Below are positions 12,977 through 29,226 of a stretch of 64,000 bases of DNA, piece after piece (within the stretch, counting starts at the first letter, position 1; each line of letters starts with the position of its first letter). Position numbers and translations under genes: made by a program. The notes under the pieces were generated by a model that saw only the letters and a program-made list of their open reading frames with translations, made no database searches and was not told where the DNA came from. This stretch comes from Cycas panzhihuaensis (Eukaryota; Plantae; Cycadophyta): contig CM041465.1 in the NCBI GenBank assembly GCA_023213395.1, positions 125,867,741 to 125,931,740 on the forward strand. The letters run 5' to 3'.

Positions 12977-15900
12977 ATCTATTCTATGAGGTATTTATTT
13001 GAGCCTCATTATTATATTAAAATTCTAAATGACACTTTTGTGGAAAAACCTTCATGAAAAAAAAGAACTCCACAGACCTTTTAAGATATATAGCCTCTTT
13101 ATAAATCAAAATGGCTAAGATGGCTCTTTGATGTAATATGATAGCCAAGTAGCTTAAATGTGTAGCTTGATTTGTTGAGTCTCCATATACTGTTTGGTCA
13201 TTCCCTATGGCCTTTTAGGTTTTCATAGGTTTCGATTTTCCAAAACTAGCACAACCCTTATCCTTCTGTGTCCACATGGAATTTTCACAAATAGGATAAA
13301 GTAGAGACTTACTCTTATTCTTCTATGCCCACAAAGGGTTTTTAAGAATAGAATAGAGTATGATAATTCTGTTTCCATCTTCTTTGATCAGTCGAAGATG
13401 GAGGCCCTAAGACTGAGGTACCTTTAGAACTATTTAAACTTCATCTTTTGTAGTAGTTTGACGAAGATATCAGCCACTTGATCTACTATAGGGTAGTATT
13501 CAAGTTGAATTGTACTGTCATGAATAAGTTCTCTAATCCTGTAGACTTTTGTACTTATACATTTGGTATGATTACAAAATACAAGATTTTTTGCCATATG
13601 GATTACTGATTAATTATCCACACAAAGGTCAGTAGGACTTGTTTGGATAATATTCAATATTTCCAATAATTTTCTAAGCCATATCACCTCCTTGTTGGTC
13701 TTAGAAGCAATAATGTATTCAACTTCAGTAGTTAAATCAACAACTATCTTCTACTATCTGGATCTATATGAAATTGGTGTTATTCTAAGAAATATTACAT
13801 ACTTAGACATAGATCTTTTTGTATCTTTATCTCCTGCAAAGTCTAAGTCTATGTATGTAGAAAGATTAAATTTATTATTAGGTTCATACAACAAACCAAC
13901 TTACTGGTTGTCTTTAGGTATTTTAACACTCGAACTACAACCTACCAGTTATACTACTTAGGATTTGTTATAAATCATGTAAGAATGCTAATAGAGTGTG
14001 CAATATCTAGCCATGTATTGGTAGTGTATATGAGACTACCTACAAGTTTTTTATAGAGTATTGCATCTACCTCTCTAGTGTCACCATCAACTGAGAGTTT
14101 GATAATAGAATCCATAGGTAAAGCCATTGGTCAAATATCTTTTAATTGAAACTTAGTTAGAAGATCGTTGATGTATTTTTCTTAGAAAAGAAAAAATTTT
14201 CTATTCTTTTGTGTTACTTCAATTCCCAAATAATATTCCATCAAACTGAGGTCAGATAATTTAAACATTTTACTAAGGTCCTTTGTCAGTTAGCTTATTG
14301 CCTATACACTATTACTCGTTACTAGCATATCATCCATAAAGATTATGAGATAAGTGACTTTATCCTTTTGGTGCTTAATGAATAGTGTTGTATCAATATC
14401 TTAGCAGTCACAAATGTCGTATCTAAGTTACCTAATTCTTTTAGACAACTTGGCAAACCAAGCATGAGGGACTTGTTTAAGGCCATACAAGGACTTTCTA
14501 AGCCTACAAACCTTATGCTCTTGACCTTCAATCTTATATCCTTCTGATTAAACTATGTAAATTTCTTCTTTAAGATCCCCATTGAGAAACATGGTCTTAA
14601 TATCGAGATGGTGGATTTTCCAACCCTATTAAGCTGCCAAGGCCACAAGAGTCCTAATTGTAGACCACTTGGTTGTAGGTGCAAAAACTTCAATGTAGTT
14701 AATACCTTCCCTTTGTGTGAATCCATTAGCTACCAACCTCACCCTATGTTTTTCAAGGATATTGTCTGATCTATATTTATTTTTGAACATCCATTTATTT
14801 TGAACTACCTTTCTGACATGTGGTAGATTAACGAACTTCCATATACCATTTTTTATAAGAGATTGGTATTATTCATTTATTGCATTTCTCCAAATTATAT
14901 GTTTTACAACTTCTTGGTACGAGAGAGGCTCTTTATTAAAAGTAAGGTGGAGTTCTACCAGTTTAAGCTTAGTATATAATGGTTCTTGCATCCTTGCTCT
15001 ATGGGCACTTTGAGTGCTAGTTTTTCCCACCTCATCTGGTCGTATATCCTTATTGAGTTGACATGATTCATAAGATCCTCGAATTGGGAATAAGGTCCTC
15101 ATTTCCTCAACTTCTTGGTTCTCATCATTAAAATGATTATTTTATGAGGAGGATGTTGATGTACCTGAGGAAGATGGTCCTTCTACCACTATTTTTCCTT
15201 TGCTAATTGAAGGTAGAGAGGATGATTCTTCTATAATGACTTTGCCTTTATCAACTCTACTATCTTCAAAGGATGGTGTTAGATGTGCACTCATCGATTT
15301 AGAGTCACAACTTATATCCTCCAAGGCTCTATTGTCAACTTTCAATATTTGGAGTAATTTATGTGTGTCCTCCCCCTAAATTTTAAAATCTGAACATCAT
15401 ACTTAATAACATCATTATGGTAGCGTGAGAGTATTTTGGAGTCCAGTCTAAGCAACTAATCCTCTGTCTATGCAAAGACAACATCTCTAGTAATGATGAT
15501 TTTTCATTGTAAAGATATAAAGACCTTATACCCTTTCTTGTCCATAGGGTATCTGACAAATATATCTTTAAGTGCTCTTGGCTTAAGTTTATTTCGATCT
15601 GCATCCAGAATATGGGCATAGCATGTAGAGCAAAAAATTTTAAAGTAGTGAACAATGGGGGCTTGTCTTAACCACTTTTCATTAGGCGGTTGTCCTTCCT
15701 TTGGTGGGCTAACAATATTGATACAAAAACAACTATCTAGATCGCTTCAGCTCATAGGTAAGTAGGTACATTTTTGTATATTAACATAGCTCTGACTATG
15801 TTCATGATTATCCTATTCATATGCTCGGTAACTTCGTTTTGTTGTGGGGTACCTACTACTATTGTTTAATGTTTGATGCCATTGTCTCGAAGGTAGCTTT

Positions 15901-17072
15901 CAAACTCATGTGAGGTATATTCGCCACCATTATCAATTCAAAGATATTTGAGTTGATAACTTGACTCTTTTTCAGTGCAGGCTTTGAATTCATTGAATAC
16001 ATGGAAGGCTTCATCTTTCTTGTGTAGAAAAGCTACCCATACTTTCCTGATGAAATTATTAATAAAAGAGATATAATATAACTTACTCTTCAGTGAAGGA
16101 ATAGCCATTGGTTTGCATAGATCAGAGTGTACTAATTATAATGGATGACTCAATTTTCACTGACTTTTGAAAAAGGGTTGTCGATGAGATTTGGCAATGA
16201 TACAAGATTTACACTTAAAGAGCTTGGAGGAGAACTTTGGAAGACTTGGAAGAGTGTTATAAAGATCTCTAAGTTTATCAATATGAACATGGCCCATGTG
16301 AGTATGCAAAAGAGCTTTTGATGACAATGTTGGGTGGGTTAGGATGGTGTTAAATGTAAATTCTTCATCGGCATAAGGGTTTTAGGCATAATGGGATTTA
16401 TAAGATAGAGAGTCGTTTGGTTAAAAGAATTTACTAGTGAGATGTCTAATCAAGACCACTTGATCAATTGGAGGGTGAATGACCTAAAGAGTCTGGTCAT
16501 TTATAATTACACTTAGATTAAATTCACGACAGATAAGTGTGGATAAAGAAAGTAGGTTTTGTTTGAGATTGGATATGTATAAGATATCAATTAATGTAAA
16601 ATCTCTTAAGCCTAGGAGTTTTAGGTAAATGTTACCAATTCCTTTAGCAAGTTGTTGTGATTTATTAGCTATGTGAACAATTCCTTGAATATTTGAGTCA
16701 AATGTTTGATATACACTACGATGTGCATCATATGTTAAGTTAATCCTATGTTTATGATCCACTATCCATCAATTGAAATAACACTATTTGTAATTCCAAT
16801 AGGACTTGGCATTAGTGAAGGGAAAAGAGATGAAACAAGATATGAGAGAAAAGCTTGAAGGTGAAAATGAATAATGACTCCCTTCTTGAGGTTTTATCTT
16901 TTATTATTGAGGGTGAGCTTTAGGGTTAGGATTTTCTCACCTAATAATACGAATCCGAAATTACATCTAAATGTGCATAAAGCATATTTCAATAAGAGAC
17001 TAATACTAACAATATATCCTAAAGTTACTTAATTTATCTACATAAATGACCTTGATATATTAATCTCTTTCA
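12977..17072 (-). mobile_element. Ty1/copia family 1, gag-less degenerate copy (PR-IN-RT-RH, 5' LTR remnant; 3' LTR lost)
   Basis: RT motifs (RLVANGFTQREG, IHHLDIKTMFLNGDL), RNase H near 13480-13560; co-linear with 29575-33670. Confidence 0.92.
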
Positions 17073-17487
17073 AATACTTCAAAGAACCATGATAGTACCT
17101 AGGTAATGACCCATACAAGATAAAGGAAGCACAAAGATGGATGGCGATTTATGGTTATGAAATAATATTTTTAGGATAAGATGTACTGCAGGAGGAAAGG
17201 TATGCAAAGTTATAATTGATGGTGGTAGTTGTGAGAATATGATCTCTATTAAGGTTATCACCCCACTCCTACCTTTTGTACATGTGAGCACACACATATT
17301 AAGGTAACTTAGGTAAGGTTAAGTTTAACTTGAGTTAAGGAGGTTTCTCTCCTCGCTCACAATTATATATTTCTTGGGTGAAAAACCGTGGTGTTTTTAG
17401 ACACCACCAACTATTGGAGATCTATTGTACTCTTTCAAGATGGATTGAATAATATTAATCTTTACTTATGTTTTTTCATGATGGATT
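17073..17487 (+). mobile_element. CRM protease fragment (17073-17246) plus truncated family-2 LTR (17247-17487)
   Basis: Duplicate of 10350-10764. Confidence 0.85.
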
Positions 17488-20203
17488 AGAGAGAGAGAGA
17501 GAGATCTTAGAATAATCCAACATACTATGACACATTTCTAAGTAAGTGTGAATAAAACACAATGGTAATACATTGTAGGAAGTTGCATTAATAATTATGC
17601 TTCTCTCACAATTTACGATGTATTATGTAGGACCATAACATTACATTAAATATTAGTATTTAAAAACTTTAAATACTCCAATAGTTTTTACCTATGAATT
17701 TGCATCCATTATTTAAGTTGAAGCTTACAAGATTCAAATCAAGTTATATCTTTATTGAATTCAACAAGTACAATAGTCGCCCTCAGAATAAAAAATAGCC
17801 TAAGTCAATATATATTATGTCAGCAACAAAAGCTTGAAGATTTTAATAGCCTCTTTGTCTTATATGGATACTGACCATATATAAGTTGGAAGGGCTAAAT
17901 AAGAGATAAGACTTAACTTTCACAACTTTATCTCAAGATAGAAAATTGAATTATATAAGAATCTTCACCCCCTTCAACTATCAGTCCTATCCAAACCTTG
18001 TTAAAGATGGTTATATTACATTGAATAAAAATAAGAATCTTGACTTCTCATAATGTCATTATCATAGAAACCATCATGCATTAATTTATGGTTTATTTAT
18101 TGTCATGTATGTATAAAAGAAAAGTTAAGGAAATGTGGCATATTATGTTATATATTTCCATGCAGCATAATTACTTTATATTTGATAACTTTATATTATT
18201 ATGATATATAATAACAAATTCAATGATAGAACATTTCTTGATTGGATATAAATGCAAAGCAATGCATGACACATAACAACAAATGTGGTAGTAAAAGGAA
18301 AATATTAGAGAGCACAGGAATATACATATGACATAAATAAACTTGGTACATGCTCAATACCAAAGTTGTTATTATAAAAAATGATCATAACAAAGTTACA
18401 AATAAACAATTTCATAAAGCCTGCCATCACATGTATAAATATAATAAATCATATAAGATTTATAATACAAGTTCATAAAACATTGTTAAAAGACATAAAA
18501 ACATAATGTATATATAAAATATATAAAACCATACCACACCAATACTTAGAAAAGGTGAAAATAACATAGCATTGAAGAAAAGTACAAGAAGCAAACACAA
18601 ATATTTTAAAATTTGTAAAATACATTGCATGCAAAATGCATTAAAAAATCAATGAAAATATAAGAAGGACCCTTTGATAGGATAAATATTCTAATGAGAA
18701 AATGTAATTGCAAGGGAAACGAACAAAAAAAAAGAAAAGGAAAAAGTATGCATCTACCAATTAATAACATTGCCATACATCCTTGTAATAAGCAAACTCA
18801 TATTGCATTAAGAACCAAAATATAAAAATATAAATAAATATTACAAGAAAGTGAAAATATAAAATAATGAAATATATAAATATAACAAATATGAGATAAT
18901 AATTGAATGTAGCATGAATATATTTAAATAGAAAACAAATAGAATACAATAGTAAAAATAAAAATACAACACGTATTTAAAAACTTGAAAATGTACCTTT
19001 ATATTGAACAAATGCTTAAAACAATATAAGTGAATAATATTAATCATAATAGCACCACACACACACACACACATAATTTGCAAGAAATTTAAAAAGGAAA
19101 AATATAAAGTAAAACTATAATAAATATGAAACAAAATTTTAATAAACCATTTATATTTGTAATATATAATAAATAGAATATAATACTAAAAAAAAAAACT
19201 ATCCACATATGCAAAAACTACAAAGTGGTTGTGCACTTCCACTGAGTTGTGCCTTTAATTAACTTCATCGAGAACTATTTATTCATGTCCATTGGATGAG
19301 AGTAAATATGAAAGAAGAAAATATTTTACTATATTTAGTGTTAAATCATGAGCAATGTTAACGAGGAGTGGCATGAAATATAGATCACATTTTAAATGAC
19401 ACGTATCATGTTGGGACCTCATCATTTTAAACTATATTTTGATATTGCGCATTTAGTTATGTTAAAACTAGTAATAATAAGGTTATTTACATTGAAAATG
19501 CTTCTATTTCAAATTCAACCTTCCTCTAAAAGTGATTTTTACCATGAATAAATAGTACAATCTGAGATTCCTAAGAAAAATATCAATTGCACATTTTAGT
19601 CGCAACTGCAAATATGGATGTTATTATTCAAATGCCTACTAGTTAACCAACACTTGTTCTTAGCGATATCTCATCTAATAATTTGTGGGCTTGGAGTCAT
19701 CAAGTAGGATGCATGCGAAGTAACGTACGTGCTATTAACACTAAAAGTTTAAACCATAAAAATGACTACTTACAGAGTTAGAAGGCTTGACATTTGACTA
19801 ATAATATTGGGTATTGCACCACTCAATGAGTTGAAATATAAACTGACACTCGGTAATTTCTTAAACTTCCCCAACTTTGTGGAATTGGACCATAGAATTT
19901 GTTTTCATTAAGCTTCTTGTCATAAGCATTTCACTTTCTTAATTCTCAATTCTTTTGAAATAGTTAATTAAGGACCACATTAGAAAGAAATTCAATATTG
20001 ATTAAATATAGAGATAGAGGCTATGTATTATACATACTCCAAGTTTTAAATACTAGAAACAATTGGTGATAATGGACTAGATAGTTACAAGTTACCCAGA
20101 TCTTCGTAGATAAACAAAACAAAATTAAATTGAAGTTGATCAATCAATTATAAAGCTAATATTTATTATTGATACATTACTCAAAATTTAAAATTATTTC
20201 CCT
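17488..20203 (+). repeat. AT-rich block X, copy 2 (longest; leads directly into the MKK-B 5' flank)
   Basis: Duplicate of 10765-12976 up to ~19708, then continues. Confidence 0.85.
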
Positions 20204-21973
20204 CTGATGGGTTTTATTGAGGGGAAAAGAAAAAAAATATATAGAAACTTACAATTTAATGATTGAGTTGTTATCGTTGTACGCAATGTAAAACCATTTT
20301 TTCTTATTTTCTATGAACGTAAAAGTTACACTATTATAAAATATTAGTCTTCAAGGGTAGACTATGTAATGAAGAGTGGCAATTGTTCACATCTCGAGAA
20401 AGAATTACTATGCTACAATGAAATATGATGTACAAGCTTGAAAGCAAAGGGTTCTACAAGGAAAAATTATAAACGTTTGGATGATGGGAATGATCTCAAA
20501 CCAATGCTACTTTTTTCCTTAAAGAAGGACCTAGAATGAAGAGTTCTATTATGTTTGTGTTGTCCGTTATCGATTATCAGTAAATGTGGTATCCTCGACA
20601 ATATAGTTTTGTAAATAATAGACTTATCTTGAAATTTATTCCCATAAAGGACAATTGTATATAAAATTCAATCAATTTGTTAATTTTAAATTTGATGCTT
20701 TGTAATATCTTAATCCATATTAAAAGCATTATTCTAATTGATTTCTTTAATTCATGAATGGTTTGGTGTGCGCTTTTTATGTCTCTATTAATGCAAGTAA
20801 TAAACATACAGTACTAACATGAACATTATAAATGCCATTTGAATGATCTAGACAAACATATGTAAGTATTATTATGGTAAACATTGGTCATAAGATGTTA
20901 GAGTTATGGAGATTTTATGATGGATTACCTACTTTGTCTCTTGGAGGAAATGAAAAGCTTTTAGTAATTCATTTGTTTTCTCATTCTTTCCATTGTTAAT
21001 AGCACATGTTAATCGATGGAATACTATTGACAAAAATATATGCCAAACTCTGGTTAGAATGTTGGAACAATCAATTAACTACTTTCAAATATTTACATTA
21101 TGAAAATAAATACAAGACCACCCTCTATTTATTTTGTTTATCATTATGTAGTGTATTCACTCACAAATAGATATCTCCACCTTACTGTAAAAGGATTATA
21201 ATTTCTTACCAATCAATCTACCTACTAATAACATTTTGAATTGATGGTACCCTGAACATCAAATTGGAGCCACATGTAAACTTATATAGACATCACTATT
21301 GATACTACAAGGAACCTCCCCTATCAAACTTGGAAAAAAAAAATGGAGCAATAAGAGTGATAAGTGCCACTTTATTCCTTTCTATTCTTATTTTATGTGT
21401 GCCCAAACCACATACATTTCCATTGTCTCTGAAAACATGGTCCAATTCAAAATTTACACACAATTAATGTGAAATTTTTATGTATTAAATAATATTATTT
21501 TAATCAAATTTCAAAATATTAAGAAAATGTCACAATTGTTAGATTTATACACTCAATGCGCTTGTGAACCATATCTAATACTAATACAATATAAAGAAAC
21601 CCAAATTGTCATATACTACTTTTCCAAAACGGCAACAGGTAATCTCGTTGCAGATCACGGTAAATCACGTTTTCAAGGATGGGGTGGACTTTTGATCACG
21701 TTGGGAATGAAATAATCCAATTACGTCGGGCTCCTTCGGACGCATGACTTGATTAATTAATTAATAACTATTTAAGTGTGTGATGCATGGGTGAACACTG
21801 TATCGATCGTACTTCTCCTACCAACTTGGTTTGGATTTGAGCTTCTACATACACGATAATTTTTGCTTCTACGTGGACTCTGCTTGCACCGCCATTCATT
21901 TAGAAATCGTCATGGGTGTTATTTGTAGGTTTGGAAGTCGTGGTGGAGAACCGAGAATCTGAGTAGGATAACT
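20204..21973 (+). repeat. MKK 5' flank/promoter block, copy B
   Basis: Co-linear with 731-2563. Confidence 0.9.
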
Positions 21974-22920
21974 ATGGGAATTGAAGGAAATTGCAGTTAG
22001 GTTTGAAGGTATCAATACTCATCCAAGGCGAGAGCCCTCGTGCCTTTGCTTCACTGCGGATTGTGCGAAATTGGCCTCCCACAACGTAGAACGTCATCGG
22101 TTGGAGAAGATTCGGATCCTCGGATGTGGCGGCGGGGAAAGGTGTTCAAAGTCCGTCCTGAAGACCCGGTGGTACGCCCTCAAGGTCATTCGCGTAGACC
22201 ACCAAAATATGTCCGAGTCGAGACGGATAACCACGAGAGGCGGAGATTATGGCGAACGAACTCTCCATTCGTTGTGAAATGTGAGGGATATTTGAGGAGG
22301 CGGATATATTAACTTTGTGTTGGAGTACATGAATGGAGGTTCTCTCGCCAATTTGGTGGAGCGAAGTGGAGAATAAGCGAATCCTTTGTGGCCAAGGTCG
22401 CTAGAGATGTCTTTGCGGGGTTTGGGATACTGCGCGAGGAAAAAATAGTGCACAAAGACATAAAGCCCGCCAATTTCTTGATCAACTGGGCGAAATCAAG
22501 ATTGCAGACTTGAGTTAGCCGGATATTGTCTCGCACCGAGGAGGAGTTAGCGGATATTGTCTCGGACCAGGATACCCGCGATTCTTATCTTTGGTACTGT
22601 GCCTACATGAGCCCAGAGAGATTAGACTCGGCTATTTATGGGAACTATGATGACTATCTTGGGGATATCCGGACTGGGTTTGACCACATTGGAATGCTAT
22701 ATAGGCCATTTCCCTTCTTGTCCCCTACCAAGAACCGGATTGGCCTACTCTCATTTTTGCCATTTGTTTTGGAGATCCCCCTCCCACCCCCAACGCTTCT
22801 GCAGATTTCCATAGTTTTATTCGTTGCTGTCTGCAGAAGGACCCGAGGAGGAGATGGACGGCTACTCGGCTCCTCACCCACCCTTTTCTCAAACAATCCC
22901 GACAAGTTTCTCATAAATAA
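21974..22920 (+). pseudogene. MAP kinase kinase copy B (group D-like); heavily frameshifted as assembled, possibly intact in vivo
   Basis: LEKIRILGCGGG, YALKVIRVDHQN, VLEYMNGGSL, IVHKDIKPANFLIN, YCAYMSPERLD, CCLQKDPRRRW scattered over three frames; stop TAA at 22918-22920. Confidence 0.88.
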
Positions 22921-23479
22921 ATTATTACTGTATATCAATTTTTTTCTTTGGCAAATGAATATTATATACTCTGAAGACGCTTGTAGAATTTGATTCATTC
23001 ACTCCTTATAAAGCTAGATTCATTAATATTATTAATATTATGTTATCTTATGTTGTGTATTTATATTAGATTTGTTAAAATTTTATTATTGTAGAATGAG
23101 ATTTAAGACTTCATTTTTATATTCTTTCTCCATTTTATAAAAATTAGAGATGACAAATCTCATTTTATTATTAAATTCTCATTTTACATTAGAATTTTAT
23201 ATAGAAATTGAATTCATCAATATCTAACTAATCATTAATCCACTAACACAATAAATATATTCAATTAATTTATAAATATGAAGTTATATTATATAGGTAT
23301 TCAATTAATTTATAAATATGAAGTTACAGACTTCTTCACTAAGTTTATTAGCCAAGTAATAGTTTTACTGACTTGCTAATTCAATATCTAAGTTGACCAA
23401 TAACTTAAATCACTAACACACATACACACACACACATACACATATATGTTTGTATATAGACAAACATATATAGATATAT

Positions 23480-23910
23480 AGAGAGATCTTAGAAGTTGCA
23501 TTAATAATTATGCTTCTCTCACACTTTACAATGTATTGTGTGGATTTATGTGGGACCATAGCATTACATTAAATATTAGATATTTGAAAACTTTAAATAC
23601 TCTAACCATATATAAGTTGGAAGGGCTAAATAAGAGGTAAGACATAACTTTCACAACTTTATCTCAAGATAGAAAATTGAATTATATAAGAATCTTCACC
23701 CCCTTCAACTATCAGTCTTATCCAAACCTTGTTAAAGGTGGTTATATTACATTGAATAAAGAGAAGAATCTTGACCTCTCATAATATCATTATCATAGAA
23801 ACCATCATGCATAGATTTATGGTTTATTTGTTGTCATATATGTATAAAAGAAAATTTAAGGAAATGTGGCATATTATGTTACATATTTCCATGCAACATA
23901 ATTACTTATA
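23480..23910 (+). repeat. Deletion-condensed third copy of block X
   Basis: Matches 17497-18175 with internal deletions. Confidence 0.85.
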
Positions 23911-24121
23911 TATGGTTGAGATAAGTACAAAGGGTTAATTATTCTCTCGAGGGCTTGTATCAGTCGTACTTCTTCAGCTAACTTGGCTTGGATATGAGTT
24001 TCTTCTATGTGCACTATAATTCCTACTTCTACATGGACTCTAATTACAGAGGCCGCCATCATTTAGAAATCATCACTGGTGTTCTTTCTATGTTTGGAAG
24101 CTGTGGTAGAGAATCGGGAAT

Positions 24122-24907
<786 letters not shown>

Positions 24908-26029
24908 ATTATTATCATCTATCAATTTTCTTCAGCAAATGAATAACATATACTCTTAAGACAGTTGTAGAATCTAATTCATTGACTCTTTATAAAGGTA
25001 GATTCATTAATATTATGTTATTTTATGTTGTATATTTATATTAAATTTGTTAAAATTTCATCGTTGTAGAATGAAAATTTAGAGTTCATTTTTATATTCC
25101 TTTCTTTATTTTATAATAATTAGAGATGACAATCCCATTTTATTATCACATTCTCATGATTAGAAAAATTTCACGTTGTTAATTAATCATGATGACTTTA
25201 AATGAGTAAAAATGTATTGAAGAACTATTGTTATTTATTCATTGAAAATTAACCTTTAATTTATAATTAAATATGAAAATCCTTTATTGTCTACTAAAAC
25301 ATTTAATTTTAATGAAAAAAATCATCATAAAAATTATCCAAGAAAAGCCCAAGACACTTGACATTGAGTTTATGTCGAAATGGTTCTAAAAGACACTATG
25401 AAAGCTTTCGCAGATTAATGTTAAAAACTAATGAAATAGTGTTACACCTCTAATGTTTATAATTCAAATCACTTAATAATGGCCTAAAGATGCTTGACAT
25501 AGGGTTTATGTCCAAATGGATGTAAAAGATTGTATAGGGGTTTTTCTAGATGGTTGTTGAAAGTCAATCAAGCAATGCCATATCCTTATTTCTTTTTGGA
25601 TGACTATTAATAATTAATGCAATAATGTCATGTCCTTAAAAACAAAAAATAAACATTATAATAACTTATCTCAATTATTATACAAACCCTATGATATATT
25701 ATTACCTATATATAAATAAAAGTAAGACACCTAAGTTTTTTATAGTAGCATTTTGTTATGCATGTACTCTGTAGTGACTTATTTACTTAGTTTGTTATCA
25801 TACTTTAATGCTAAGTGTGTGTGATGATAATTTTGCCTTGAATATTATGTTGTAAAGTAATAAATATGAAAATAATTTGTACACACCCCTCCTTATCGAC
25901 ACACATGCATATATGTATGCACGTGTATAAACGCATACACATACACACATGCATGTGTGCATGCATAGGTACTTGCGTGGGTGTATATGTATATATATAC
26001 ATGTATACACACATATGTATATGTGTGTG

Positions 26030-26830
<801 letters not shown>

Positions 26831-29226
26831 CAAACATAAAGGTAACATACAACTTTAATTTATCATTTGCTAATACTATAATATCATAGGCATTTAGTCT
26901 ACCTTCTTGTTATCTCCCTAAACTAACCCATATGCATTATTTTCTTATTTGTCATAATATACTATTAAGGATGGATTTTGTATGGGATGCTACATTTGAA
27001 TGACACTCAAATCTATATGTTTTGAATTCAACTTGGTTGAGGCTTTTCATCATATTTACACATTATATCCATTTAATGTTATCATTGAAAGGGGTTGAGG
27101 GAATATAGAGGAAGGATGTAGATTATAGAAATTAACCTATGTAATTTAGAGAATAATTAGTTAGATAGTCATGTTAGTGAGGTAACTTTGATTGAGGGTA
27201 CCCATGAGTGACATGAAAGGTTTATGGAAACCTAATGGGAGATACGGCATGTTAAAGAACATGGATTGATCTGGAAGCATCTAGAACTTCATTATTACTC
27301 CATCTATTTTACACTTTTTTAGTTATTTTACTCTAAATTTTGGAGTTTATTGATTAAAGCATAACTTTTGAATTGATGGTTAGAATTCAGTCACTCTAAC
27401 ACCAAATCAAAGGTCTATTTGAGAAGGATGGCTAAAAATGGCCTAGGATAAGGCCAAATGCCCATCATAGGCCCAAATTTTGCCTACCAATAAAATACTT
27501 TAAAACTACCTAAAAATTAAGATTTATTTTCTATGTCTAAAGATAGTGGTTAATTTTAAACGAGTTTTCACTTTTATGTAATGACCCTTAGTGGTCTAGA
27601 TTTTCTTAGTAGGAATTAACTTACAAACATGGAATTAGATAGTGTTTTACATAATTAAGGAGTTTTTAGCATTAGGGTTAGAAGTTTCTAGACTTCTCAT
27701 ATTTACACATATTAATATAATTTAATATTATCTTTTGGTAGATTTGAATAAAATGGAATGGAATTGAAAGTAAAATGACTCTCTCTATTCTTTAGACATT
27801 TTCTTTAGTTCTTTCTTAATTTTAGATTGGTGCATGTGAGATAGAATCTTTTCCTTGCAGATTGCCCTCATCATCTAGTATCATAGCATGGCTTAGCTTT
27901 AGGGTTACAGAAAGAAACAATAAAAGATTGAGGTATTGCAATGGATAGTTGTTGAAGAGACTATATAGGTTGTAGTATATTCTTATTGAAAGGGTAAGGA
28001 ATTACTGGTTGGCACTTAGGATCCTTGTAAAAACCTTACAAGAGAAGCTTTATAACCCAAAGTAGTTAGGTAAAGATAAGAGCAGTTAAAAATGCCATGA
28101 AGAAGAGGAAGAGTAAGCTATGTTAAAATGAATAGAAACTTATAGGAGTTGCAAAAGAGAATAAAGTTGCTTACTAATATAGTATTGAGATAAAGACATG
28201 GAAGAAGTATTAGTGAAGAAGAAGCATTAAGTGATGATAGTATAAGATTCGAAGAGGATGAACCACAAGAATCATAGGCAAAAAAATAAATACTCTTAAA
28301 GGCACTTGAAGATAAGAGTGATGGAATCAAGATTGACATTCTAGACTACTATGGAAGTTTAAAATCAGAGGAGTTAGTAGATTGGCTAAATGCCATGGAA
28401 AAGTTCTTTAAATAGAAGAGAATGACCAAAGAAAACATGGTAAAGTTTAGATACACAAATTTTAAAAGACATGCAACTATTTAGTGGGATTGCTTGCAAA
28501 AGGAGAGGGTAAAGAAAGGCAAGAAAAAGATCAAAACATTGACCAAAATGGTCAAAAAGTTGAAAGAGAAGTTTCTACCAACTAACTATTCTCAAAACCT
28601 CTTTAGAAAGTTCCACAACTTAAAGTAGAAAGAAATGATAGTACAAGGTTATATAGATGAGTTCTATAATCTTTCCATTGATGTGGAGCATGAGAAAATT
28701 GATGAACAAGTTGCTACAAGATATGTAAATGGTTTAAAGTTTTCAATTCAAGATGAATTTAGCATGCATAGAGTTAATGGCATGGGAGATGCATATCAAT
28801 TAGTATAGAAGGTAGAAGATAAGCAAAATAGACATGGTACTTGAAAGTGCACTATGATGAGAAGAGGTTCATTACCTTTATACAGAAGTAGAGGAGAAAT
28901 TCCCTATGTGAGAGGAGAATCATCTAATATGATGGAAAGACAAGAAGTCAAGAGGCAGGGTGAAATGTAAGGAGGGTAAGGAGCTAAGAACCAACTCAGG
29001 GGAATAGGATTTCTAGAAGCACAACGAGGCAATGGTTTTGGTGGTGGAAGAGGATGGACGAGACCTTTTGTTTGTTTTAGATGTGGGGAAGGACATAGGG
29101 CATTTAAATGTTCTTGTCACCATAAGAAATAATCGAGAAGGTAAGAATACCATTCGAGGATAAACCTGGCCCAAAATAAAGATGATAATAAAGGAGTCAT
29201 AATAAATGAAGTTAAGAGCTTAATGG

